NCBI GenBank assembly: GCA_029856045.1
Contig: JAHQWG010000025.1
Span: 1 to 64,000, forward strand
Source of the DNA: Promethearchaeia archaeon
GTDB lineage: Archaea; Asgardarchaeota; Lokiarchaeia; Sigyniarchaeales; SOKP01
Direction of reading: 5' to 3'
DNA: 64,000 bases
Each line of letters starts with the position of its first letter. Position 1 is the stretch's first letter. Shown here one piece after another: positions 29,194 to 38,798 of this stretch. The translations under genes and the position numbers were made by a program. The notes beneath the pieces are model-generated. The model was given only the letters and a program-made list of their open reading frames with translations. It had not been told where the DNA came from and did not search any database.

Positions 29194-32100
29194 TTTGATT
29201 TAAAGCCTCCTCAATATTGATATTTAATACGGAACTAATACCATCGGTGATTGAAATTCCTAATAATTGATCGGTTTTTTCCATAGTTGGTTCTCTATGA
29301 GTAATTAGAATAAATTGGGATTTAAGAGATAATTCTTTAATCATATCTGCAACAAGTATTGTATTAGCCTCATCTAAAGATGCATCAATCTCGTCTAGAA
29401 TATAATATGGTGAAGGAACATATTGTTGAATTCCCAATATCAGGGCAATAATTGTGAGTGTTTTTTCTCCACCGGACATTGACCGAGTTAGGCACCACTT
29501 TTTCCCGCCCGGTCGCGCCATTATTCTTAGACCACCCTCAAAAGGATCATCAAGGTTTTCTAATTCTAGCTTGGCTTCTCCATTTGGACTTAATTTTGAA
29601 AAAATCATACCGAAATTTTCGTTTATTTGATTAAAAGTTGCCATAAAAACATTTTTTTTCTCTGTTTCAATTTGTTCAATGAAATCAAGAATTGATTGTC
29701 GTTCTTTTGCAACTTGATCATGTTTTTCAATTAAATCATCATATCGGTTCTTAATTTTATCATATTTCTCAATTGCTCTCATATTAACAGGTTCAAGAAA
29801 CGCTTTTTTCTCTATACAATCTTTAATAATTGCATCTAATTTTTGCTGAGAAATCGATATTCTTTGTTTGATTTCTTGAGGGATGTTATTTTCTTCCTTC
29901 TCAAAAAAAAGCTCGAAATTTTCTCCGAATTCGGTTTTATATTCGTTCAATTGTTCAATTAGATTTTCCATTTTATTCTCTAATGTATTAACTTGAAGTG
30001 ACTTAGGATGAATTGATGATTTCATCTCTTCAATTTTTATCCTTAGATCTGTAATTTTTTTTAATAATTGATTTTTATCATCGATATATTGCCCAAGAAT
30101 CTGATTTTCTTCCAATATCTTCTCATTAATTGTTTGCATTTCTGAATTTATTGATTTAAGAGATCCATCAATGGATGCAATTTCAGATAAATTATTTTTG
30201 ATTGTTTCTTCATTTTTAGAAATCGTTTGTTCAATTTCTTTAATGCGATTTTCAAGGAAATCCTCTAATTTTGCTTTGATTTTTGTTATTTTTAATTCAA
30301 GTTCTGAAATTTTACTCGAGATGTTGCCTGTTTCTTCCTCTAAAATTTGAATTTCTTTTTTTAGTTTAATATTTTTACTGTTTTGAATCCCTTCCTGTAA
30401 TTTTTTTTCTTGATCTTTTAAATCAGATATTTGATTAGCAATTCCATCTAATATATTCTGTTTCTCAGTAAAAATTACTTTTACTTGATTATTTTCATCG
30501 TCTATTTTTTGAATCTCGCTCTCTAAGGAATTTAACTCATTTTCTTTTTCATTTATTCTTTCTTCAAAAAGGTTTAATTGTTGTGTTATTTCGTTTAGAG
30601 AATTATTTCCTTGAATTCTTGTATGATAATATTCAGTTATTTTAATGTCAATCTGCTTAAGTTCAGTATGTAACATATTCTCTTTATTTCTTAGTTTATT
30701 TAGGTCTTCTTCAAGTACTGGAATTTCAGATTCTTCAATAGTTTTAAATGATAACCCTATTCTTTTTTTGTGTGAACCTCCATGCATTAGATGCGAAACT
30801 TCCACGATATCTCCTTTTAATGTAACTTTTCTCGCACTTATTGGCAATTTTATTGCTGTTTCCAAATCTTTAACGATTACTGTTTTACCAAAAACAAACT
30901 CAAACGCTTTTACAAATTGAGAGTTAAATTGGATTAAATCAACAGCTCTACCGATTACATCTTCATTATTATTAATTGTAAAATTTGGGTAATTTACCTT
31001 AATTTTATCCAATGGAATAAATGAAGCACGACCAATTTTATTTTCCTTCAAATATTGAATACATTCTTTAGCAGTTTTTTGAGAATCTACTATAATATAA
31101 TTTAATTTTGCACCACCAGCTACTTCAAGAGCGATATTATATTTCGAATCAATTTTTCCCAACTGTGATATGGTCCCAAAAATTTCTCCATTTATTACAT
31201 CTGTACCCTTAATTTTTAAAATTGCCTCTACTGCTCGATTTTGACTAAAATTTTTAATTGTCTTTATTTTAGATTTGAGAGAAATAAGTTGAATATGTCT
31301 ATCTTCGATGATTTCTTGTAATCTTTTGAGCTCGTTATCTATTTTGATTTTTTCACTTTCTAAATTTTTAATATTATGAGTAATAGTTCCTGTTTTTTCA
31401 TGCTCTTTTCTTTTTTCATTTAATTGGATTAGGTTTTCTTTAAAATTCTGGAGTTCTCTTTTTAATTTAGTTATTTTATCTTGTGCATTGAGTTTAATAT
31501 TTTCGGAATTTTGCTGCTTATTTTCCAGGACTTTTATTTCGGAATATAGTTGATTTTTTATCTCTTGGTCTTTTGAAATTTTTTCTCTTAAAATTGATAA
31601 TTGCTGTTGAATTTCCATATAGTTGGAATCGATTTTTTGTAATTCTTTTTTCAAAACATCCAATTCTTGATTTTTAATTGTTAAACCATTTTGATGTATC
31701 TCTTTTTCTTTCTCGAATTGAATTAATTCCTGTTTTAAATTCTGCTTTTCTTTTTGAATATTTCCTTTTTTATTTACTGATTCGATTATTTCTTGCGATA
31801 ACTTGTCTATTTCTTTATTTAAATGTTCTTTTGAAGTTTCATATTTCACTTTTTCTGTTTTTAAATCATTAATTTTTTTTGTTAATTCTAATAATTCATC
31901 AGATTCTAGATTCTTTATCTTTTTATTAATAATTTCGAGATTTTCATTTATATCACTTAAGAGATTTCTATTGTCTATAATATTTTCTTCTATTTCATTA
32001 ATTTCTTGATTAATTGCTAATTTTTTCTCTTCAATTTCCCTTATATCAGTGCGAATAGAATTAATTTTTACAATCAATAAAGCTTTTTCCGTATTTTTTT

Positions 32101-32770
32101 GTTCCTTATCTAAACGTTGATAATCTAGTGCATCATTTTTTTCAGACTCAAGATTGGTCAATTGAATAGAAACTTCGTTTAAAAGAATAGTAATACGAGA
32201 TATGTTTTCTTCAACTTTTTCCAGCTGTTTTACTGCGCTTTCCTTTTTTTCATTATAAGATGCAATCCCAGAAATTTCATCAATTAAAATGCGTCTTTCC
32301 AAATTGGTCATATTTATTATTCGAAATAACTCTCCCTGTAATATCAGATTCGTAGAATTTGGAATAAGATTACATAAATCCATTAAATCTTGTAAATCCC
32401 TTCTGGTTGTTCGTTTTCTATTAATATAATAATTACCATTGCCTTTAATATCAATTTTTCTTGAAATAATTACATCTTTACTATCAATAGGAATTTTTCC
32501 ATCAGAATTATCGAAAATAATATCAACTTGTGCAAAATTAGAGGGATTCTTCTCAACAGAACCCCCATTACATATTAAATCCCTCACGTTTTTTACTCTC
32601 ATTTTGTTTCCTGATAATTCGCCAAGAGCAAAAACGAAAGCATCTAATATATTAGATTTTCCTGATCCATTAATCCCTACAATTGCGGAAAATCCCTTAT
32701 CAAAGTATATTATAGTTCTATTTCGAAAACTTTTAAAACCTTGACATATCATTGATTTAATATATGCCAT
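29183..32770 (-). CDS. smc: Chromosome segregation protein SMC
   Basis: GFKSF, GINGSGKSN, LILQG, central hinge, VNMRAI, MSGGEK, YILDEID, ITH; long coiled coils. Confidence 0.96.
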   Translation of the reverse strand: MAYIKSMICQGFKSFRNRTIIYFDKGFSAIVGINGSGKSNILDAFVFALGELSGNKMRVKNVRDLICNGGSVEKNPSNFAQVDIIFDNSDGKIPIDSKDVIISRKIDIKGNGNYYINRKRTTRRDLQDLMDLCNLIPNSTNLILQGELFRIINMTNLERRILIDEISGIASYNEKKESAVKQLEKVEENISRITILLNEVSIQLTNLESEKNDALDYQRLDKEQKNTEKALLIVKINSIRTDIREIEEKKLAINQEINEIEENIIDNRNLLSDINENLEIINKKIKNLESDELLELTKKINDLKTEKVKYETSKEHLNKEIDKLSQEIIESVNKKGNIQKEKQNLKQELIQFEKEKEIHQNGLTIKNQELDVLKKELQKIDSNYMEIQQQLSILREKISKDQEIKNQLYSEIKVLENKQQNSENIKLNAQDKITKLKRELQNFKENLIQLNEKRKEHEKTGTITHNIKNLESEKIKIDNELKRLQEIIEDRHIQLISLKSKIKTIKNFSQNRAVEAILKIKGTDVINGEIFGTISQLGKIDSKYNIALEVAGGAKLNYIIVDSQKTAKECIQYLKENKIGRASFIPLDKIKVNYPNFTINNNEDVIGRAVDLIQFNSQFVKAFEFVFGKTVIVKDLETAIKLPISARKVTLKGDIVEVSHLMHGGSHKKRIGLSFKTIEESEIPVLEEDLNKLRNKENMLHTELKQIDIKITEYYHTRIQGNNSLNEITQQLNLFEERINEKENELNSLESEIQKIDDENNQVKVIFTEKQNILDGIANQISDLKDQEKKLQEGIQNSKNIKLKKEIQILEEETGNISSKISELELKITKIKAKLEDFLENRIKEIEQTISKNEETIKNNLSEIASIDGSLKSINSEMQTINEKILEENQILGQYIDDKNQLLKKITDLRIKIEEMKSSIHPKSLQVNTLENKMENLIEQLNEYKTEFGENFELFFEKEENNIPQEIKQRISISQQKLDAIIKDCIEKKAFLEPVNMRAIEKYDKIKNRYDDLIEKHDQVAKERQSILDFIEQIETEKKNVFMATFNQINENFGMIFSKLSPNGEAKLELENLDDPFEGGLRIMARPGGKKWCLTRSMSGGEKTLTIIALILGIQQYVPSPYYILDEIDASLDEANTILVADMIKELSLKSQFILITHREPTMEKTDQLLGISITDGISSVLNINIEEALNQIAE

Positions 32771-33007
32771 TTTTTAACCCATAGATGAAAGATGTTGATA
32801 TTAAAACTGATTTTTTCAAAAAAATATCTAGATATATTTCTAAATAATACAGAAAATTATCAAATAGAATAACATCCACGTAATATGAATGAATAGCTAA
32901 CTTTAATTGACTTTATTTATAACTAATCTATTGAAAATAGGATATATCATTAATATAAGGAAAATAAGTAATTATTTTTAAGTGATTAAATTTTAAGTTA
33001 GTGAATT

Positions 33008-35302
33008 CTACACTTCTCTTCGTATTTCTTCTATCACAATAGCATATTTTTCAAGTAGTTTTATTAATTTCTTATTATCAGGAACGCTCTTTAATTTTTT
33101 TTCGTATTCTGGATAATATTTAATTAATTTATTATATAAAGAATTTAGAGATTCTTGTAAATCATTTTCTTTTTTGAAATTTTTAGAAATTGATTTTAAT
33201 GCATCTAAATGTTTTGGTTGTTCTAGGCAAGAAATTAATTTTTTATAATAGAGAATTATAATTTTTGAGTATTCTTCGGGATGGAAATTAACTAAATAAT
33301 CATCAATATCAAAATCCCAATGTGGTATAAAACTTATATATTTATCAACAGGATTTTCTTTATTATCTAAAAGATTTAATTCAAGATTTGATTTATTTAA
33401 CTTTTCCAATAAAGGATATAAAATACCGGGACTAACTTTTGTTTCTTGTTCAATTATTGGTGCAATGTCAGAGATTAATAGTCTATATTCTGGGTATTGT
33501 TCAGGGTTTTCAATCCGATATATATATTCGTTTTTAATTAAATTAATAATTTCATCTTCAAGAATCATATCACGTTCTTTTACAAATGAGACAGTTCTAT
33601 CCTTTATGGATTCAGTATGTTCTTGTTCCGATATAAGTTTTTTTGAAAAATCAGTTGAGAGAGATTGAATGAATTTATCTGAAGCTTTTTCTTTATCAAT
33701 TTTTTTTTGAAGTTGCATTGTATCACCAGGTTGCTTCTGAAGGGATTCTACTAGTTGTTCTGATAAATAATGTCTTGCTTTTTTAGCAGCTTTTCCTTTC
33801 TTTTGAAATTTTTCGGTAATTGAAGTGAATTCAGCATATTTTCTTTCTGTACCTTCTTTTTCTTGTCGGATTATTACTCTAAAATCAACTTTTTTATCAT
33901 CAATTTTGCGAATAATTGAATAAACAATTCCCTTAGATAATTGGGATGCCTTTATTAATTCAATTTCAATTAGATCAATTGGAAAGGCTTCACCCCTTCG
34001 AATAAATTCATTCCTCAAAATTTTTAATATTGTTTCTATACTTTTTTCTTCTTCTTTAACAATCTCTTTTTGAATTCGCATAAACATTGAAGTTTCATGA
34101 GGTTTTAAGTAATAAACTAAAATAGTTAATCCTAATAAGAAAATCATAATAATTGAAATTAGATAACGATCATGCGCTAATAATTCTGAAAATCCACCAA
34201 TTTCTTGGTTTGGAGCGCTAGTAGCTACAGCGAATCGTGATATGGTTTGTCCTAAAACACAAGCTAGAAAAAACATTATTAAACCATCTTTTTTAAAGAA
34301 TAAAATTCGCCATCCCAGAGTAGTACCAATTTTTCGTATTATTCTTACTAAAAATATCATTGAAATAATAAATTCAAAGAAAAATAGGTATCCGATTACA
34401 TTTGAAGCTCCACCAAAAGCTCCTTTTAACGCATCTGATGTTTCTGGTAGAAGAATTGTATATAATGTCACTTGGTAAATTTGATAAAAAAATATGAAAA
34501 AAACAATTATAGCAAATGTAAAATTATCAAATAATCCCGCTCTTCTGGTTTCTGCCCGCTTTCTAGTAAGAACGAATTCAATAATTATGAATACAATAGT
34601 TGTAATCAGTGAAATATATATTAATGGCATTACTCTTTTCATTTCAATCAGATAAACTTCAATTGATCCTATTGGATTTATAGTTCCCAAGAAATCTAGA
34701 GTGAGAAAAACAATAAAAGCTCTAAAAGACCAAGATATAATCACTAAAATTCCTAAAATTAGAAATGGAATTAAAAAGATTGCAAAATTTCTTATAACTG
34801 AATATTTTGCAACTACTTTTGCCTCAATTTTAGTAGAAAATTTTCTTGAATATGTATAAAATCTTGAACTTTGTAAAAATAGCCAGATCATCGCTAACAT
34901 TAAAAGAAAGCTCATATAATTTAATTGAAATATGGTGTCTATTAAGAAAAATAGAAAATAACATCCTGTAATTAATCCGAAAAAAATACCTATCTGCTTA
35001 ATAACAGTATTTTTTTCAAATATAAATTGCCTTATTTTATCCACGCTAAATAATATAGAGAGTGAAAAAAAAAATAAAATTAATGCATTTCCAAAAATAA
35101 AAGGGTTTCCAAACATCATAATTTGGAAAAAAAGATTATCTGGATTATTGATATTAAAAAAAATCATAAAAGAAAAATATAAAAAAATTCCAAATAATCC
35201 CCAAAATTTTTTTCCATAATAAGATTTTGGAGGTTCTTTCCCTTTTACATAAATCTCTTTATTAAAAATGACTTTTTTAAGATTTAAATAAATATTTTTC
35301 AT
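33008..35302 (-). CDS. Polytopic membrane protein (about 10 TM) with a cytoplasmic tandem repeat
   Basis: Hydrophobic first ~400 aa, then two related ~75-aa units. Confidence 0.7.
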   Translation of the reverse strand: MKNIYLNLKKVIFNKEIYVKGKEPPKSYYGKKFWGLFGIFLYFSFMIFFNINNPDNLFFQIMMFGNPFIFGNALILFFFSLSILFSVDKIRQFIFEKNTVIKQIGIFFGLITGCYFLFFLIDTIFQLNYMSFLLMLAMIWLFLQSSRFYTYSRKFSTKIEAKVVAKYSVIRNFAIFLIPFLILGILVIISWSFRAFIVFLTLDFLGTINPIGSIEVYLIEMKRVMPLIYISLITTIVFIIIEFVLTRKRAETRRAGLFDNFTFAIIVFFIFFYQIYQVTLYTILLPETSDALKGAFGGASNVIGYLFFFEFIISMIFLVRIIRKIGTTLGWRILFFKKDGLIMFFLACVLGQTISRFAVATSAPNQEIGGFSELLAHDRYLISIIMIFLLGLTILVYYLKPHETSMFMRIQKEIVKEEEKSIETILKILRNEFIRRGEAFPIDLIEIELIKASQLSKGIVYSIIRKIDDKKVDFRVIIRQEKEGTERKYAEFTSITEKFQKKGKAAKKARHYLSEQLVESLQKQPGDTMQLQKKIDKEKASDKFIQSLSTDFSKKLISEQEHTESIKDRTVSFVKERDMILEDEIINLIKNEYIYRIENPEQYPEYRLLISDIAPIIEQETKVSPGILYPLLEKLNKSNLELNLLDNKENPVDKYISFIPHWDFDIDDYLVNFHPEEYSKIIILYYKKLISCLEQPKHLDALKSISKNFKKENDLQESLNSLYNKLIKYYPEYEKKLKSVPDNKKLIKLLEKYAIVIEEIRREV

Positions 35303-35414
35303 TTTTATTTAGAGTTCTTTATTATTTAATCCCTTAACTAAATAAATTCACATATATTGATAATACAATCTAAATTTAATAATATAATATTTAATTTCTG
35401 GTTTAATTAAAATA

Positions 35415-35626
35415 TTTTATAACTAAAAAATTTAATAGCCTTTTAAATTTAAATAAGATTGGAAATGAAGATAGCAGTCTCTGGAAAAGGTGGAACAGGT
35501 AAAACACTTATTGCAGGAACACTAGCTAGATTATTTGCTCAAGATGGTTATAAGGTTCTAGCGATTGATAATGACTCATCAATCTTAACTTACATTTTGT
35601 ATGTATACATACTAATTATTCACTAA
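35415..35626 (+). pseudogene. Duplicated cooC promoter and truncated 5' end
   Basis: 35415-35456 matches 36144-36185 at 39/42 nt; ORF 35465..35626 MKIAVSGKGGTGKTLIAGTLARLFAQDGYKVLAIDNDSS then unrelated sequence; 35492-35562 is identical to 36268-36338. Confidence 0.9.
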
Positions 35627-35675
35627 TAAACTTCTTAATTCTTTAGGAACATTTTATCAATTATTATTATCTTTT

Positions 35676-36089
35676 TTATCTATTATCATTGAAAGGATGA
35701 TTCTTTAATATTTCTCTAATTTCTTCTTCTAGTTTTTTCGAAAAATCAGAATTTATGTTCTTCATAAACTCTAATTGTTTCCTAAAAAGCTCTCTCCTAA
35801 AATCTTGATTATTTACTCTATTCTTTACTTCATAATCACATGCCATCTGAAATGTAACATCATTAAATATCCAGTAAAGAAGTTCATTCAAATTTTGAGT
35901 TGTACTTCTTTCCCACTCTATTCCTCGTTCTACGACAACATAATGGTAATTTTTTTTATCTACTTCTATATGAGGATTACCAAAATCTCTGGTGCTACCA
36001 AATGTAGGAAGTAGATCTCTAGGAGCATTAATAATTCTAGCTATATCTGTTGTCTTTTTTCTTATGGTTGCTAAAGATAATATCTTCAT
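35676..36089 (-). CDS. Immunity protein 63 (Imm63)-like, orphan
   Basis: LPTFG..RDFG.PHIEV....YHYVVVERG.E..R..T....ELLYWIF..VTF.MA..YE..NR...QD.RR..F.KQ.E. Confidence 0.8.
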   Translation of the reverse strand: MKILSLATIRKKTTDIARIINAPRDLLPTFGSTRDFGNPHIEVDKKNYHYVVVERGIEWERSTTQNLNELLYWIFNDVTFQMACDYEVKNRVNNQDFRRELFRKQLEFMKNINSDFSKKLEEEIREILKNHPFNDNR

Positions 36090-36240
36090 AATTTGATTAT
36101 TTTATAAATTAATACTCTTTAATTAGAATATTCAATTATAAAATTTTATAATTAAAAAATTTAATATCCTTTTATATTTAAATAAACTTTCTGCTTTCTG
36201 AAAATAGGTAGTAGAATCATAATTAACAGCGGCATTAGAA

Positions 36241-37038
36241 ATGAAAATTGCAGTGGCTGGTAAGGGAGGAACAGGTAAAACACTTATTGCAGGAACACTA
36301 GCTAGATTATTTGCTCAAGATGGTTATAAGGTTCTAGCTATTGATAATGATTCATCTATGAATTTAAGTTATTCTTTAGGGATTGATGAATATATCCGTC
36401 AAAAGATAGTCCCAATAAAAGAAATGCTTGATCTTATAGAACAAAGAACGGGACAAAGACCTGGTGCAGCAAGTGGGGGGATATATAATATAAACCCTAA
36501 AGTTTCCGATATTCCTGATAAATATAAAATCTATGGACCTGATGGAGTTCAATTGCTTGTTGTTGGTTCAATTGAGGAACCAGCCACGGGATGTCTTTGC
36601 CCGGAAAATGTATTAATTAGAACTCTTCTTTATAATCTTTTTGTGCAAAGAAATGAAGCAATAATTGTGGATTTTGAAGCTGGATTAGAACATTTGGGAA
36701 GAGGTACTGGTAAGGGAATAGAGATCATGCTTATTGCAACAGAACCGTCAATAAAGTCAATAGAATTAACTCAACATATACTAAAATTGTCAAAAGGATT
36801 AGGAGTAAAAAACAATTTAATTGTATTGAATAAAATTATAGACAAAGCAGAATTAGAGATTATTACTAAAAAATTGAAAGAAATTGGATTAAATTCATTT
36901 CATGTTATTCCTTTTGACCCAGAAATTGGAAAAGCTGATTTAGAGGGGATTGCATCACTTGATTTTAATCCAAACTCAAAAGCCATTCTATCTATTCGAG
37001 ATTTATTTGGAAAATTAAAAGAATTCAAAAAAAATTAA
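36241..37038 (+). CDS. cooC: CooC-family nickel-insertion ATPase (CO dehydrogenase maturation)
   Basis: GKGGTGKT, GCLCP, DFEAGLEHLGRGT. Confidence 0.9.
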   Translation: MKIAVAGKGGTGKTLIAGTLARLFAQDGYKVLAIDNDSSMNLSYSLGIDEYIRQKIVPIKEMLDLIEQRTGQRPGAASGGIYNINPKVSDIPDKYKIYGPDGVQLLVVGSIEEPATGCLCPENVLIRTLLYNLFVQRNEAIIVDFEAGLEHLGRGTGKGIEIMLIATEPSIKSIELTQHILKLSKGLGVKNNLIVLNKIIDKAELEIITKKLKEIGLNSFHVIPFDPEIGKADLEGIASLDFNPNSKAILSIRDLFGKLKEFKKN

Positions 37039-37063
37039 TAGTAAAAAATTTATATATGAAAAT

Positions 37064-37357
37064 TTGATTTTACAATATAGGGAAAATTTTTTTATGAGCG
37101 AAGATAATTTAAAAATCCAAGAATATGTCAGAAAAGCGATAGAACTCTTATGTCAAAAGAACTTTTCAGATGTAGTTATATTAAGCTCTTATAAAATCAA
37201 TTCCGTTTTAAGAGAGTATTTTGGTGTAGATATTAAAGTGGATAGAATTGGTCGAATGCTTGCGAATATTGCCAAGCAAAATCAGTTAAAAAGACTTAAA
37301 ACAAATATTCCCAAATATTCCCTAAAGATCTCTCGTTTATCAAAACTTAAATTCTAG
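37064..37357 (+). CDS. Small basic hypothetical protein (start probably the ATG at 37094)
   Basis: ORF; possible winged-helix pattern. Confidence 0.55.
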   Translation: MILQYRENFFMSEDNLKIQEYVRKAIELLCQKNFSDVVILSSYKINSVLREYFGVDIKVDRIGRMLANIAKQNQLKRLKTNIPKYSLKISRLSKLKF

Positions 37358-37379
37358 ATCTACCGAATTAAAAAAGAAG

Positions 37380-38795
37380 TTATATTTTTTTTACTTTCTT
37401 AATAGATTTTTGTAATGTTTCTAATTGAGAGGCCAATTTTTCAGTTTGTTCATTAATTACAGATAATCCATCCGAGATATTATTAATTTCCTCATTTAAG
37501 ATCTCGTTGAATTTGGTTGATATTGTATTAACTTTCTGATTTATTCCCGATATTGTTTTTTCCGTATTTTCATTTGAATTATTAACAATTTCAGTTTGTT
37601 TATTTACATCTTGAGTGATTTTTTCTTGAATTTTTTCCAAATCCTTAAAAATTTTTGAATTTTGTTTTATTTTTTCTCCAATTTCATTAATTTTTTGAGT
37701 AATATTCTCATTGATAATCTTGACAATGTCTTCAACGATAAGATCGATGTTCTCATTAATTTCTTTTGTAAGTTCAATTTCAGAATCTAATCTTTCTTGT
37801 ACTTGGTTTTTAATTTCCAACTTAAATTCTTCCATTTGAGTTGATAAGGTCTTTTCAAACCATTCTTCTACTTTTTTAATACCTAAATTTATTGAATTCT
37901 GCATAGTAGAAATAGTATTAGCTATAAAAGCTGAACTTTTTGAAGTACCAACTGTAATATCATGCGTCCATTTATTTATTTTGTCTTGAAATGTTGGTAA
38001 AAAATTGTCTTTAAGTTCTTGGGTGCCCTTCATATAACCATCTATAGTAGGCTTTAAGGGAGATTTCTCTTTTATTTCAACAATCTCTCCTTCAGTAGGT
38101 TTAGGAATTTCTTGAAGGTCTCCAATTTCATCATACTCTTTTATTATAATGGGACTTTCTTTTTGGGATTCTTCAACTAGATTTTTAATAATTTTGAAAA
38201 AATCTAAGGATTTTGAAGGCTCGAGTTCAACAACGATTTCATGATAATCACTTTTTTCACCTAATTGATAATTATCTAATCTGAAAGACTTAAACCCAAA
38301 AGAATCTTTTTTTCCCATTAGTGAATGATCAAATACAACTGCAAAGGCATCGGGTGTTCCTTCCTTTTGCCAAAATAAATGGTTTTTAATATCCATATTT
38401 GTAAAAATTAACCCTAATCTCGGGTGGCTATGATACCAACCAATTATAGACATTTTCTTTTCATTGGCCTCTTTATCAATAGAAGTAAATTTCTTGTAAT
38501 CTAGCTCATTAAATTCGACATCCATACCTGATCCATGATTTACCGGAACAGCTTCATAACAAATTAGATCTTTTCCTTTTTCTGCCTTTTTTCCGATACA
38601 AACACCTAGAGCTTCTACGCTTTTCTCAAGACCTTCGTTACCGAAGCGTAAAACATGAGAAATCATAGCAATATAAGCATCTGATTTTATTATTACTTTT
38701 CCTTCATGTGAAAAATCTTTATCAACTACTTTATCTTGAGAAAATCTTTTGCCAGGTGGCTTAAGTCCATTACTCGGAGGTGGTTCTGGAGACAT
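37380..38795 (-). CDS. JAMM/MPN-domain metalloprotease with a long C-terminal coiled coil
   Basis: EALGVCIG; GWYHSHPRLGLIFTNMD (Thr at the usual Ser position). Confidence 0.85.
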   Translation of the reverse strand: MSPEPPPSNGLKPPGKRFSQDKVVDKDFSHEGKVIIKSDAYIAMISHVLRFGNEGLEKSVEALGVCIGKKAEKGKDLICYEAVPVNHGSGMDVEFNELDYKKFTSIDKEANEKKMSIIGWYHSHPRLGLIFTNMDIKNHLFWQKEGTPDAFAVVFDHSLMGKKDSFGFKSFRLDNYQLGEKSDYHEIVVELEPSKSLDFFKIIKNLVEESQKESPIIIKEYDEIGDLQEIPKPTEGEIVEIKEKSPLKPTIDGYMKGTQELKDNFLPTFQDKINKWTHDITVGTSKSSAFIANTISTMQNSINLGIKKVEEWFEKTLSTQMEEFKLEIKNQVQERLDSEIELTKEINENIDLIVEDIVKIINENITQKINEIGEKIKQNSKIFKDLEKIQEKITQDVNKQTEIVNNSNENTEKTISGINQKVNTISTKFNEILNEEINNISDGLSVINEQTEKLASQLETLQKSIKKVKKI

Positions 38796-38798
38796 TTT

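Noticed and set aside
28600-32770. SMC locus as a Wadjet/MksBEFG defence system
   Set aside because: The SMC is canonical and no JetD/MksG-like nuclease is present
32886-32898. TGAATGAATAGCT upstream of smc
   Set aside because: Only a right half-site of the operator
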